This document shows, one piece after another, positions 52,605-64,000 of a stretch of DNA of 64,000 nucleotides. The notes beneath the pieces are model-generated. The model made no database searches. It was given only the letters and a program-made list of their open reading frames with translations, and was not told the origin of the DNA. Where the stretch lies: the NCBI RefSeq assembly GCF_009914755.1, contig NC_060926.1; one strand, 5' to 3'. Within the stretch, counting starts at the first letter, position 1; each line of letters begins with the position of its first letter. The stretch is from the human T2T-CHM13v2.0 reference genome, Homo sapiens. The position numbers were made by a program, and so were the translations under genes.

Positions 52605-53212
52605 TGGATCAAGCAGCTATTGTAACAATGTAAAAAAATCCTCCTAAGCTCACATCACAATTAGTTTGGCTCATCTAATCTGGGCTTGGTTGGTGGCTCT
52701 GCTTTAGGCTACTCAGGTAAAGGGGCAGTGGCTACCTGGAGCTTGCTTTGCTAATGATGAATCACTGCTGCACAAAAGGTAAGTCAGATATTGCCACTAA
52801 AATGCTGTGTAATAAACCACCTAAAAACTCAGTGGCTTAAAATATAAGCATTTTTTTCTTACCTAGTGTGTAGAGGTCAGCCAGGTCAGCTTGGACAGCT
52901 GCTATTTAAGCTGTGCATTGGCTGGGCTAAGCTTCAGGCTTCAGATAGGGTTCAAATAAGTTGTACATGTCTTCATGCTCTCCGTGAACCAGCACTAACT
53001 GAGGCATATTTTTCTCAAGGCACGTCTCCCAGCAAAAGAACAAACTAAAGCATGTAGGTACATTTAAACACTCTCTTCCCGTTAAACCAACCAAATAAGT
53101 AAAATCAAAGTGAATCACAATATCAAGCCAAAGTTGATCATGTAAAGAAGTATAGTCTGCCCCAAAGATGAGGCTGAGAGAATATTTGCTAACCAATGTA
53201 CCAATATATTAC
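52605..53212 (-). mobile_element. MLT1H/I-like LTR (52780-53212) preceded by a second MLT1 fragment
   Basis: ATGCTGTGTAATAAACCACCTAAAAACTCAGTGGCTTAAAA...TCAGATAGGGTTCA...GAAGTATAGTCTGCCC...GAATATTTGCTAACCAAT. Confidence 0.8.
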
Positions 53213-53239
53213 AGCAGGCACTTATATATTTGTTGTTGA

Positions 53240-53500
53240 AGGTAATAATCGCAACAGGTAACATAAATCTTTTATTGATCATTTACCAGAGCCAAGCACT
53301 GGGCTAAGACACTTGTCATTTAATTTGATTCTGAAAAGACCCCTTTGAGGAAATACTATAATTATCCACAGTGTACATATAAGGAAATTGAGATACAGGG
53401 GATGTAAGTCATTTCCCAATTACATGCAGGTTCTAAGTGTCCAAGACGATATTTGGACCCAGATGGTCTCACTCCAGAACAGTGTACAAACCACTAGGAT
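53240..53500 (-). mobile_element. MIR
   Basis: TTTATTGATCATTTACCAGAGCCAAGCACTGGGCTAAG...AAGGAAATTGAGATACAG...GGACCCAGATGGTCTCACTCCAGA. Confidence 0.8.
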
Positions 53501-55099
53501 GATAACATGTGCGATTTAGGTATCTCCACAACCAGACTGAGCAATAATACTTTCTGACTGAACAAGTTTTGAGTCTTTACTCACTAATACATCTTTGGGG
53601 TTGTAGGTAAGTATAGAACATATATACTTTAAATCTTCAGGGAAATATACCGCACTCCCATTAATTGGATTTTTCTGGCTTCGTGTCTACTTAGACCCAG
53701 GTTTGGCATCCAGCTTTTGTTTAGCTCATTCGCCAAATGGCTGATCTCTGAATATCCATTTATCAGCTAATATTCTGCTTGTTCTGGTCAGTGATTATGA
53801 CCCACAAATATTACCCACTATGAATTAGGATGTGCAGTTCAATCAATTATTTATCCGCTCTCCTAACAGTATCAACAAATCCGCAGTAACAGGACAATGT
53901 TGTAAGAGAAGAGAAAGCTTCTGACAAAGGGAGAAAGTGTAGACCACAGAACGGTAGAGATACTGATGAGGTTATTTTTTCTACACTGGAGAAGAAAAAG
54001 GTAAAATTCAAAAAAGTTGTTTAACTCATCCAGTGTTGCTCAGATGACAAGTTGCACAATCAAGTCTCACTCTTGGGTTTATCTGATTCCTAAAATGATC
54101 CCTCATATAATATTCTGGATAGCCTTCCATAAAAGCCATAATCCCACCTGACTGTAGCAAACCTCAAATCTAACAAAGCTCATACATACTATATTAGAGT
54201 GACAGAGGACTTCTCTAAATTCATATTCTTTCTACAGGAAAGCATCCAGAACACCCTGCCCATTAATGTTTCTAATTTATTATTTACACTTCATGTTCAA
54301 AAATGAACATTTTATCCTGAATTTATCCTGAATTTCAAGCTCTTCATTAGCTAACTCCATTTCCCTAAACTGATATTAAAGGTGATATGAATCTCAAATG
54401 CTTTCCAATTCTGCCTCCCAAAGATCATGTTCCTTCTTCAACAACACTGATGGGTCATTATTTGTTGTTTACTTGACTCTGTCCAGGACCCACATAAAAT
54501 GACTCATAACATTGTAGGGCAATTTTGATTGTACTAAGGCAGTTCTTCAAAATAAGTTCGAAAAATATTTTATTAGTCCTTATTTTGATTTTCACAATGA
54601 TACTTACGTTCTCTCTGTCTCTCTACACATAATTTCCACCCACATATTTGAATGAAACCACCTTTTTCTATCTACGTCTTCTACCTAGTCACTCTAACAA
54701 TTCCCCATAGCTTCTCCCGTGACCAAAATGTCTACTTTGCCTGTATGATAAACTCCAGTTAAATAATCCCAAACATCAGCCAAGTAGCACCATGAAAATT
54801 CTTTTTTTCTTTTACTTAAGTAGTCACACATATCAAAAATCTGTTTCTTTAAATGCAAAGATAGGTCAAAAAACCTATAAAGAGTTTACTAGGGGGGGTG
54901 CTACAATCATTCTCTCTTTTTCTATCTCCTAAGAAATAAACAGGAAAACAAACATAAAGAGGGAATCATAATGTGGTATAAATTACATGAGTTTAAATAT
55001 AAGGGATTGGCATTCTGCCAATAAATAAGTTAACTATGATTTTGGGAAAATTACATTGATTATTTTGGAGGATCTCCTATTGACTTTACTACGTCGTAA

Positions 55100-55327
55100 A
55101 TATCTTAGTTGTAATTTTTCTCCTTGCTCACAAATCTATTGTTCTTCATGTGTTTCCTTTCCTAGTGCAGGTAAATGGTATTACCACCATCTACTTATTG
55201 CCTAAGCCAGAAACCTAGGAATTCTCTTAGCCACCTTCTCTCTTTTTTCTACCATATACAATTAATTCCCAAGTCCTATCTAATCTACCTTCAAATACAC
55301 TTAAAATGTGTACCCTAAAACTTAAAG

Positions 55328-55364
<37 letters not shown>

Positions 55365-55470
55365 GTCCTCTTTATTGTCCATCAATAGTCACAAACTGGT
55401 TCAAATCTTAAGCATCAGGCAACAATGTTTTAACCTCTGTCCCTATACACACTGCAGACAGTATGTTTGT
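55100..55470 (+). mobile_element. L2 fragment
   Basis: AAATGGTATTACCACCATCTAC...CCTAAGCCAGAAACCTAGGAATTCTCTT...CAAGTCCTATCTAATCTACCT. Confidence 0.75.
55310..55360 (+). mobile_element. Ultra-short L1PA2/3-type insertion with (AAT)n tail
   Basis: GTACCCTAAAACTTAAAGTATAAT is the terminal L1PA 3' UTR; TSD AAATGT at 55304 and 55361; TT/AAAA site. Confidence 0.85.
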
Positions 55471-55499
55471 TTTCATGCTTTTTTTTTCCTTGTTAACAA

Positions 55500-55873
55500 T
55501 TTAAATTTTTTTTAATTTTTTAAAATTTCAATAGTTTTGGTGGAAGAGGTGGTATTTGGTTGCATAGAAAGGTTCTTTAGTGGTTATTTCTGAGACTTTG
55601 GTGCACCCATCACCAGAGAAGTGTAAATTGTACCCAATGTGTAGTCTTTTATACCTCACCACTCTTCCACCCTTCCCCCTGAGTCACCCAAGTCCATTAT
55701 ATCATTCTTATGCCTTTGGGTCCTCATAGCTTAACTACCACTTCTAAGTGAGAACGTACAATGTTTGGTTTTCCATTCCTGAGTTACTTCACTTAGAATA
55801 CTGGTCTCTAACTCCATCCACGTTTCTGTGAATGCCACTGTTTCATTCTTTTTATGGCTGAGTAGTATTCCAT

Positions 55874-55915
<42 letters not shown>

Positions 55916-55928
55916 GATAGATAGATAA

Positions 55929-55975
<47 letters not shown>

Positions 55976-57622
55976 TAGATATAGATATAGATCACATTTT
56001 ATCCACTCATTGGTTGAAGGTCATTTAGACTGGTTTCACATTTTTGCAATTGTAAATTGTGCTGCTATAAACATGTGTGTGCAAATGTCTTTTTCATATA
56101 ATGACTTCTTTTCCTCTGGGTAGATACCCAGTAGTGGGATTGCTGGATTCAATGGTAGTTCTACTTTTAGTTCTTTAAGGAATCTCCATACTGTTTTCCA
56201 TATTGTTTGAACTAGTTTACATTCCCATCAGCAGTGTAAAAGTGTTCCCTTTTCACCACATCCACACCAATATGTTCTTTATTTTTTAATCATGATCATT
56301 CTTGCAGGAGTAAGGTGGTATCTCATTGTGGTTTGGATTTACATTTCCCTGATCATTAGTGATGTTGAGCATTTTGTCATGTTTCTTGGTCATTTGTATA
56401 TCTTCTTTTGAGAATTGTCTATTCATGTCCTTTGCCCACTTTTTAATGGGGTTGTTTTTTCTTGCTGATTTTTTTTAGTTCTTTATAGATTCTACACATT
56501 AGTCCTTTGTCAAATGCACAATTTGTGAATATTTTCTCCCACTCTGTGGGTTGTCTGTTTACTCCACTGATTATTTCTTTTGCTGTGGAGAAGCATTTAG
56601 TTTAATTAGGTCCCATCTATTTATCTTTGTTTTTGTTGCATTTGCTTTTGGGTTCTTGTTCATGAACACTTTGACTAAGACAATGTCTAGAAGAATTTTT
56701 CCGATGTTGTCTTCTAGAATTTTACGGTTTCAGGTCTTAGATTTAAGTCTTTGATCCATATTGAGTTGATTTTTGTATAAGGTGAGAGATGGGAATCCAG
56801 CTTCATTCTTCTGCGTGTGGCTTGCCAATTATCCCAGAACCATTTATTGAATAGGGTATCCTTTTCCCACTTTATGTTTTTGTTTGCTTTGTCAAAGATC
56901 AGTTGGCTGTAAGTATTTGGCTTTATTTCTAGGTTTTTTATTCTGTTCCATTGGTCTACATACCTATTTTTATATCAGTACAATGCTGTTTTGATAACTA
57001 TAGCTCTGTAGTATAGTTTGGAGTCAGGTAGTGTGATGCCTCCAGATTTGTTATTGTTACTTAGTCTTGCTTAGGCTATGCAGGCTCTTTTTGGGTTCCC
57101 TGTGAATTTTAGGATTGTTCTTTCTAGTTCTGAAAAGAATGATGATGGTATTTTGATGGGAATTACATTGAATCTGTAGATTTGTGCATTGATTTGTAGA
57201 TTGCTCTTGGAAGAATCATTTTCACAATATTGATTCTACCAATCCTTGAGCATGGAATGTGTTTCCATTTGTTTGTTTCATCTATGGTTTCTTTCAGCAG
57301 TGTTTTGTACTTTTCTTCGCAGAGATCTTTCACCTCCTCGGTAGGTATATTTCTAAGTATTTTATTTTATTTTTTGCAGCTATTGTAAAAGGGGTTGAGT
57401 TCTTGATTTGATTCTCAGCTTGGTCATCATTGGTGTATAGCAGTGCTACTGATTTGTGTACATTGATCATGTATCCTGAAACTTCACTGAACTCATTTAT
57501 TAGATCTAAGAGCTTTCTGGATGAGTCTTTAGGGTTTTCTAAGTATACAATCATATCATTGGTGAACAGCAACAGTTTGACTTCCTCTTTATTGATTTGG
57601 ATGTCCTTTATTTCTTTCTCTT
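55500..57622 (-). mobile_element. 5'-truncated L1PB1-like element, ~2.1 kb
   Basis: TTCAATAGTTTTGG...GTTCTTTAGTGGTTATTTCTGAGACTTTGGTGCACCCATCACC; ORF2p RT peptide [21 protein letters not shown]. Confidence 0.96.
55875..55992 (+). repeat. Compound STR (GT)18(AGAT)4AAAT(AGAT)11(ATAGAT)3
   Basis: Read directly; lies inside L1PB1. Confidence 0.96.
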
Positions 57623-57699
57623 CACAGACGGAATATTGTATCTTGTTGGTAAGCTGGTGACTTAATTGTGCCCAACCCTCAACCCGACCCCCACCCTCT

Positions 57700-58070
57700 T
57701 ACTTGAAAACCTTTAAAGCCTTCACGTTGCCTTAGAATGAAGGACAAAATTCTTAAACTGATCTGCAGACTCTATATATCTTCCCTCTTCATTCCTGCCC
57801 CACTCCAGCCTCAACTCGCAACTCTTTTTTTCACTTTTGTCTCTACAGCTACACCAGCCTTTGTTTTTCTTGTTCTTCCTTCCTTCCCTCCTTCCTTCAT
57901 TTTTCCTTCTTCTCTTTTCCTTTCTCTCTCTCTCTCTTTGTTTCTTTCTCATGACTTCTTCCGTTTTATGACATTTGTGTATGTTTCCTATGTCTGGAAC
58001 TATTTTAATCTTTCACCCTTCATTTGTTATATAGCAATAAGTTTTAAATTCATCTTTCAATTATTTGTAT
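57700..58070 (+). mobile_element. L2 fragment containing a (TTCC/TC)n pyrimidine tract
   Basis: TGCCTTAGAATGAAGGACAAAATTCTTAA...TACAGCTACACCAGCCTT...GTTTCCTATGTCTGGAAC. Confidence 0.65.
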
Positions 58071-58119
58071 AGTGTATCCTATAAGAAACAGGTTTTTATG
58101 TCTCATATTAAGAAAGATA

Positions 58120-58655
58120 AATATAGTAACATTAAATTATATCCACAAATTATTTGCTTCTCTCCTTTTTAAAAGGTAGAGCCTAATTACATTTCTTGCC
58201 CCTTGAATGTAGGTTGTGCTTAGTGACTTGTTTCTAACAAACAGAATCTGGTGAAAGTGACATTATGTAACTTACAAGATGAGGCCATAAGAGATATTTT
58301 AACTTCCTGCTTGCTATCTCTCTTGAATTATTCATTCCAAGGGAAGCCAAGGACCGTATTATGAGGATATTCAAGCAGTTCTCTGGAGACATCAGTGTGT
58401 GAAGAACTGAGACTCCTGCCAATAGCCAAGTGAGCAAGCCATGTCTAAACTGGATCATTCAGTCCTAGTCAAGCCTCTCATTAACAACCTCACCAGTTGA
58501 TATCTTGACTGCAATCTCATGAAAGACTCTGAGCCAGAACCAAGCTAGAGAATTCTCAAATTTCTGGCACACAGAAATTACAAGATAATAAAAATGTGTT
58601 GTTTTAGGCCGCTAAGTTTTAGAATACTTTGTTATGAATGTAGATAACTATTGCA
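58120..58655 (+). mobile_element. MLT1F-like MaLR solo LTR
   Basis: CCCCTTGAATGTAGG..CTTAGTGACTTGTTTCTAACAAACAGAAT...CTTGACTGCAATCTCATGAAAGACTCTGAGCCAGAACC...GTAGATAACTATTGCA. Confidence 0.88.
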
Positions 58656-59698
58656 GTGTACCTAGCTAGCATGTGTGTCATTAGGCATGTTCATAATGTA
58701 TTCATAATATATTTTAATATATTTTGCAAGTATAACTAAATTACTACTGGTATAATAATTTAACTAATAAATTATCACCCCGCTTACTAGTAAACTCCAT
58801 GAAGATTATAAACTATATACATTTTTGCTTATCATTTTATCCTTCTTCATCTCCCCCAAGCCAGAGATTATGAAAACATGGGTTTTCAATAAATATGCTT
58901 AATTATATTAATATATCTGAATTAATATGCATCCTAATGCTACAAGGAGAGGCAGAAACCTTCTGGTTATTTAATGAGTGCTATTTAAATGATTGATTAA
59001 TTCATTATGCAAAATTAGAAAAATAGATATCCTTATGGCAGAATGATTAAAACTTATCTTTCAATGATGCCCTCTGGCAATGAAACAAACCAGTACATCC
59101 CTATGAATATCTAAGAAATGATACATTCAGCAATAAACAGAAGCATCAGAACTAACTCAGAATTTTGAAAAAGAATTATATTTAGAGTAACAAAAGCATT
59201 TAAAGAATAAATAGTTGTCATGATGAACTATAGGGTGTCAGAAACTTTAAATTCCTAGTTATATAATAAAGTAACCCAATAAACATGTCGTTGTCCTCTA
59301 GAGAAATCACATAGCAATTGTTCACAGATTTTGGTTTCACAATGTGCATTGTGCTATTTAAATTAATATATCCAGGAACCTGCTCTTTAAGCCAAGGGCC
59401 CAACACATTTATTGTTTTAAAGCAGTACTAGGTTTTATTGCATTTGATAATTCTGTCATGTACTTTGAAGATGAAAAGTCAGTCTGAAGCACTACAACTT
59501 AATTAGAACAAATTAATAAGAACTCATTAATTTTTATTAATTATATTCACAACTGTCGCTATAAAATTTCTCATTACAATTTTCCTGCTAAGATGTTCAA
59601 ACTCCTCCATTAAAACATTACATTCTAGTATTACACTTTCTTCTCATCAGTATTATCTTTACATGGCCCCTTCTAAAATTTTGCTCCATATCCCACAG

Positions 59699-59790
59699 GG
59701 ACTTGGGCACCTGTATTATATCTATCAATACTGATCATATCAAAATACTCATTGTATTTCCCTCATTCTTGTTCACTCTCATTATCTCAG
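59699..59790 (+). other. Candidate exon (92 nt) or recursive splice site
   Basis: TTTTGCTCCATATCCCACAG|G acceptor; perfect CAG|GTGAGT donor that is itself preceded by a pyrimidine tract. Confidence 0.3.
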
Positions 59791-59809
59791 GTGAGTTCAA
59801 AGCCTCTTT

Positions 59810-60063
59810 GTCTATTTTATTAGTCAATAAATATTTATTGCACTTCTATTTCGTACCTCATCACAGGATTAAAAATTAGAATTGCATCATTGATGGGGTT
59901 TCTAATCTAGTAGGAGAAATTGTCCACGAATAAATAAGGATTTTATGGCCACTCTGAAAAGAACATACTACGAAGGAGAAAAAAAAGTTATATAGTGTAT
60001 ATATAGGAGAACCTACCCTAGTATACTGGTTAGGGACAGCTTCTCTATGAAGTTACATTAAGC
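59810..60063 (-). mobile_element. L2 3' fragment
   Basis: TCAATAAATATTTATTGCACTTCTAT...TAATCTAGTAGGAGA...GGTTAGGGACAGCTTCTCT. Confidence 0.7.
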
Positions 60064-60464
60064 CAGGGTTTCTTGACCCTCAGCACTACTGGCATTGTAA
60101 GCTATATTATTCTTTGCTGTGATGGGTGGGAGTGGTCTTGTGCTTTGTGGAATGTTTAGCAGCATCCCTGGCCTCAAACTAGTTTCCAGTAACATCCCTT
60201 CTCACAATATGACAACTGAAATTTCTCAGTATGTCCCAGGGCATGGTTGTTAGGTTTAGCAAATAAACATAAAGAACACAATGAAATCTGAATTTCAGAT
60301 AAACAACAATTTTTTGTATAAATATGTCCCACATATTTCATAAGATATAATGATGCTTAAAAATTTATTTGTGCTTATCTGACATTCAAATTTTACTAGA
60401 TGTTGTGTATTTTACCTGACAGTCCTATCTAGGGAATGAGATTGTCCCCAGTTGAGAACCACTG
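60064..60464 (+). mobile_element. MER20 hAT-Charlie element split by MER53
   Basis: CAGGGTTTCTTGACC...ATGTTTAGCAGCATCCCTGGCCTC...GTTGAGAACCACTG; perfect 8-bp TSD CATTAAGC (60056, 60465). Confidence 0.93.
60242..60427 (+). mobile_element. MER53 palindromic MITE
   Basis: GGTTGTTAGGTTTAGCAAATAAA...TGAATTTCAGATAAACAAC...TATGTCCCA...TTATCTGACATTCAAATTT...GTATTTTACCTGACAGTCCTA. Confidence 0.88.
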
Positions 60465-61149
60465 CATTAAGCACATGTTGATAAGACCTGAGACCTTCAG
60501 TCTTCACATACCATTGATCTCCTAAACACCTCTGAATTTTATGTCATCTCTACTTTATCAAGTCAAATTACCACGAAGTTCACCAACTCAAAGCATAAAA
60601 ATCTCAAATACTTTTCTCTTACTACAATACCTTATGTTTCAAGTTTTCAAATTTCTTTACTTTTTTGTGACTTTCAGTAAGGAGTTCATTAGCGTGTTAC
60701 ATACTGGGTTCAAATTCTTCAACCAATACCCTCAATAAGAGAAAAGCAAGCACACTGACCTTCTCTATCACCAGTCTCATTTATTCCCTAACCTGGATTA
60801 ACCCAGTTCATCATTGTCTTCATTATTTTTGTAGAATGTTGAATAATATAACCAGACCAAACTGATTAGCTCCTTTATGAATCCTGTCATACTTTATTCT
60901 TCCACAGTTGAGTCCCCACCTCAGCTTCTAAACTTGCCCTCATGACTATTCTAAGCACTCTTCATGTTCCTCACTCTCCCAATTTTTTCCTCTATCTTAC
61001 CAGACATCTTGCCTTGTGTATCACAAAGCCTGTCTTTATGAACTCTTTCATGTTCTCCAGACTTTCTCTTAAAGTAGCCATGTTCCTTGAGCCATTTGTT
61101 TCTTATTTTTTTGTTTCCCAAGAATTTAATGCATCACAATTTCTTTCTC

Positions 61150-61590
61150 ATGGTAATTTACTACCACAATCCCATTCCTGTAAATGTCTTCTAAGATTTT
61201 ATTCTGTGCTGAGGATTTTAAAATTCAGTCCTAATTTTGAGCTCTAGACCTGTCTTATTCAACTGACTATTACACATGTTTTCTCAAATGTTCTGTAAGT
61301 ATCTCAAAATGTCCCAGGCAGAATCATTACTTTAACCCTAAAACCTACTTATGTGCCAGTGTTGTCTATCCCAAGATTTGCAATCAAGCCACAACCTGAG
61401 AGTCTTCCTAACAGCATCTCCTTCTCATATCTCCTATATTCAGTGAGTCAGTAACTCCTGAATACCTACTTATGTTTAAAATGTCCATCCCTACCATATC
61501 TTTTGCTGCTTTGGACCTTATTCTATCCCATACAGTGTTTCACAACTCATTCCCACCTACCCCTATCCTCTATATTTTCACCATAGCCTG
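61150..61590 (+). mobile_element. L2 fragment
   Basis: GAGCTCTAGACCTG..ATTCAACTGACTA...ATCTCAAAATGTCCCAGG...CAAGCCACAACCTGAGAGTCTTCCT. Confidence 0.65.
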
Positions 61591-61600
61591 TAGGGCGCGC

Positions 61601-61646
61601 ATGTGTGCATGTGTACTTTTGTGTGTGTGTGTGTGCATGTGTGTGC
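61601..61646 (+). repeat. Interrupted (TG)n
   Basis: Read directly. Confidence 0.85.
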
Positions 61647-62336
61647 AGGACAAGGGTACAGTTGAGAGACACTGATGACTGCACAGTGGAAATAATTTCA
61701 TGACCCAGATGCTTTGCTCTCTGGTGATATTTCAATTAAAAAACCATGTGTTTCTCAAAATAGGTAGCGCTTCCACCTCCCAACACTGTCAATGTCACCT
61801 AGACAGCGTGCACTCAAAATATTTGCTACTGAATATTTACCCTGTCTTCAACACATTAGCTAACTAGCCCATCCTTTTGCCTAAAACAAGATCTGAGCCC
61901 ATTATATAGAGTTAAAAGAAAAAAATGCCAGTATTATCAGATAAAATGACTCTGGTGAGGAGGGATCATACACTATTTAGCTATTAATATTTTTAAAAAA
62001 TTAATTTGAAGTCCAGTTTAAATGGTTTATACTACTGGCAGAGTAGCATTGTTATGTTGATTCCAATATAAATACAAGGTTAAAATAGTTTCTCTAAGCC
62101 ATTCTTTACTCTAGAGACGTTTCCACTTTCCTTTTAAGTATATTTATCACTGAGTCATCAAACGGCATACATAATTATCATGTATTTCTCCAACCTGAAC
62201 TGCAGGAACAGTGAGAAATTTAATGCCTTATTGTCATTTTACTCTCAAAAAATTAAAAATACTTCCAGGAAGTTACTTTTTTCTCTTTATTTGAAAGCAA
62301 TGAAATGGTTTTCTATTTATCTAAAAAGGCCATGAC

Positions 62337-62559
62337 GTAACACCAACAGTGAACCCTAACATAAACTATGGACTTGGGGTGGTTATGCTGTACCAGTGTA
62401 GGTTTATAAATTATAACAAGTGTACCACTCCGATGGGGAACATTGATTAAGGTGGAAGCTGTGGAGGTGAAGGGTAGGGGAAATGTGAGAAATCTCTGTA
62501 CTTTTCTCTAAATTTTACTGTGAACCTAAAAGTGCTATTTAAAAAATAGTCTTAAAAAA
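62337..62559 (+). mobile_element. L1MC1/2-type 3' end
   Basis: AGTGAACCCTAACATAAACTATGGACTTGGGGTG...ACAAGTGTACCACTC...GAAATCTCTGTACTTT...CTGTGAACCTAAAA. Confidence 0.88.
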
Positions 62560-62747
62560 GATTATCACAACTTCACAGTCCATTGTAGTTTGACAAAAGG
62601 GAGTCCAACTCTAATCAACAGTATCTTTCTATTAGCCAAACCTTCTCTATTAGTTGAAAAGGAGTGTATATATTTTTGGGCTCTGTCAATGATAGAAATA
62701 TTAGATGTCATCAACTTAATGAAATTGTCAAATATTAATATGGCCTT

Positions 62748-63788
<1,041 letters not shown>

Positions 63789-64000
63789 GGCAGTGAGTGA
63801 GCATGCTACCCAGCCAGGGAAACTGTGCTTTTCCCATGGAACTGGGCAACCCATAGATCTAAAGATCCCACTGGCAAAGTCATGCCAGTGGGGCCTGACA
63901 TCCCAACCCCAAGAAGAGCAGATTCTTACAGCCTCTCAGCTGGAATCTGCTTAAGCCTGCCAAACTCCCAGTGGGAGGGGCAACCAGCACCAGTTGCAGC
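63789..64000 (+). mobile_element. L1PA8-13-type 5' UTR segment, runs off the window
   Basis: GGCAGTGAGTGAGCATGCTACCCAGCCAGGGAAACTGTGCTTTTCCCATGGAACTG...AGATCCCACT...CTCCCAGTGGGAGGGGCAACCAGCA. Confidence 0.75.

Overview
Primate (most likely human or great-ape) nuclear DNA from an AT-rich, CpG-poor region with no CpG island. I recognise no intact protein-coding gene, RNA gene or processed pseudogene. Nearly all ORF-track entries are chance ORFs or translations of Alu, L1, L2, LTR or microsatellite sequence; the only recognisable peptides are decayed LINE-1 ORF1p/ORF2p. The window is mostly interspersed repeats: Alus, L1PA/PB/M, L2, MIR, MaLR (MLT1, MSTA, THE1), ERVL LTRs, a HERV-K14 (LTR14-type) solo LTR with a perfect 6-bp TSD, and hAT MITEs (MER5, MER58A, MER81, MER20 with nested MER53). 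I found no evidence of a new multi-gene system. The best leads are: (i) + strand exon-like units (8871-8939, 9872-9943, 10087-10225, 59699-59790) suggesting a spliced non-coding transcript; (ii) an old ~377-bp tandem duplication; (iii) an ultra-short young L1 insertion; (iv) rearranged L1 and L2 elements; (v) an Alu-tail-derived GAA/GGA purine tract. Subfamily names come from recalled consensus sequences, not a database search, and boundaries of old repeats are approximate.
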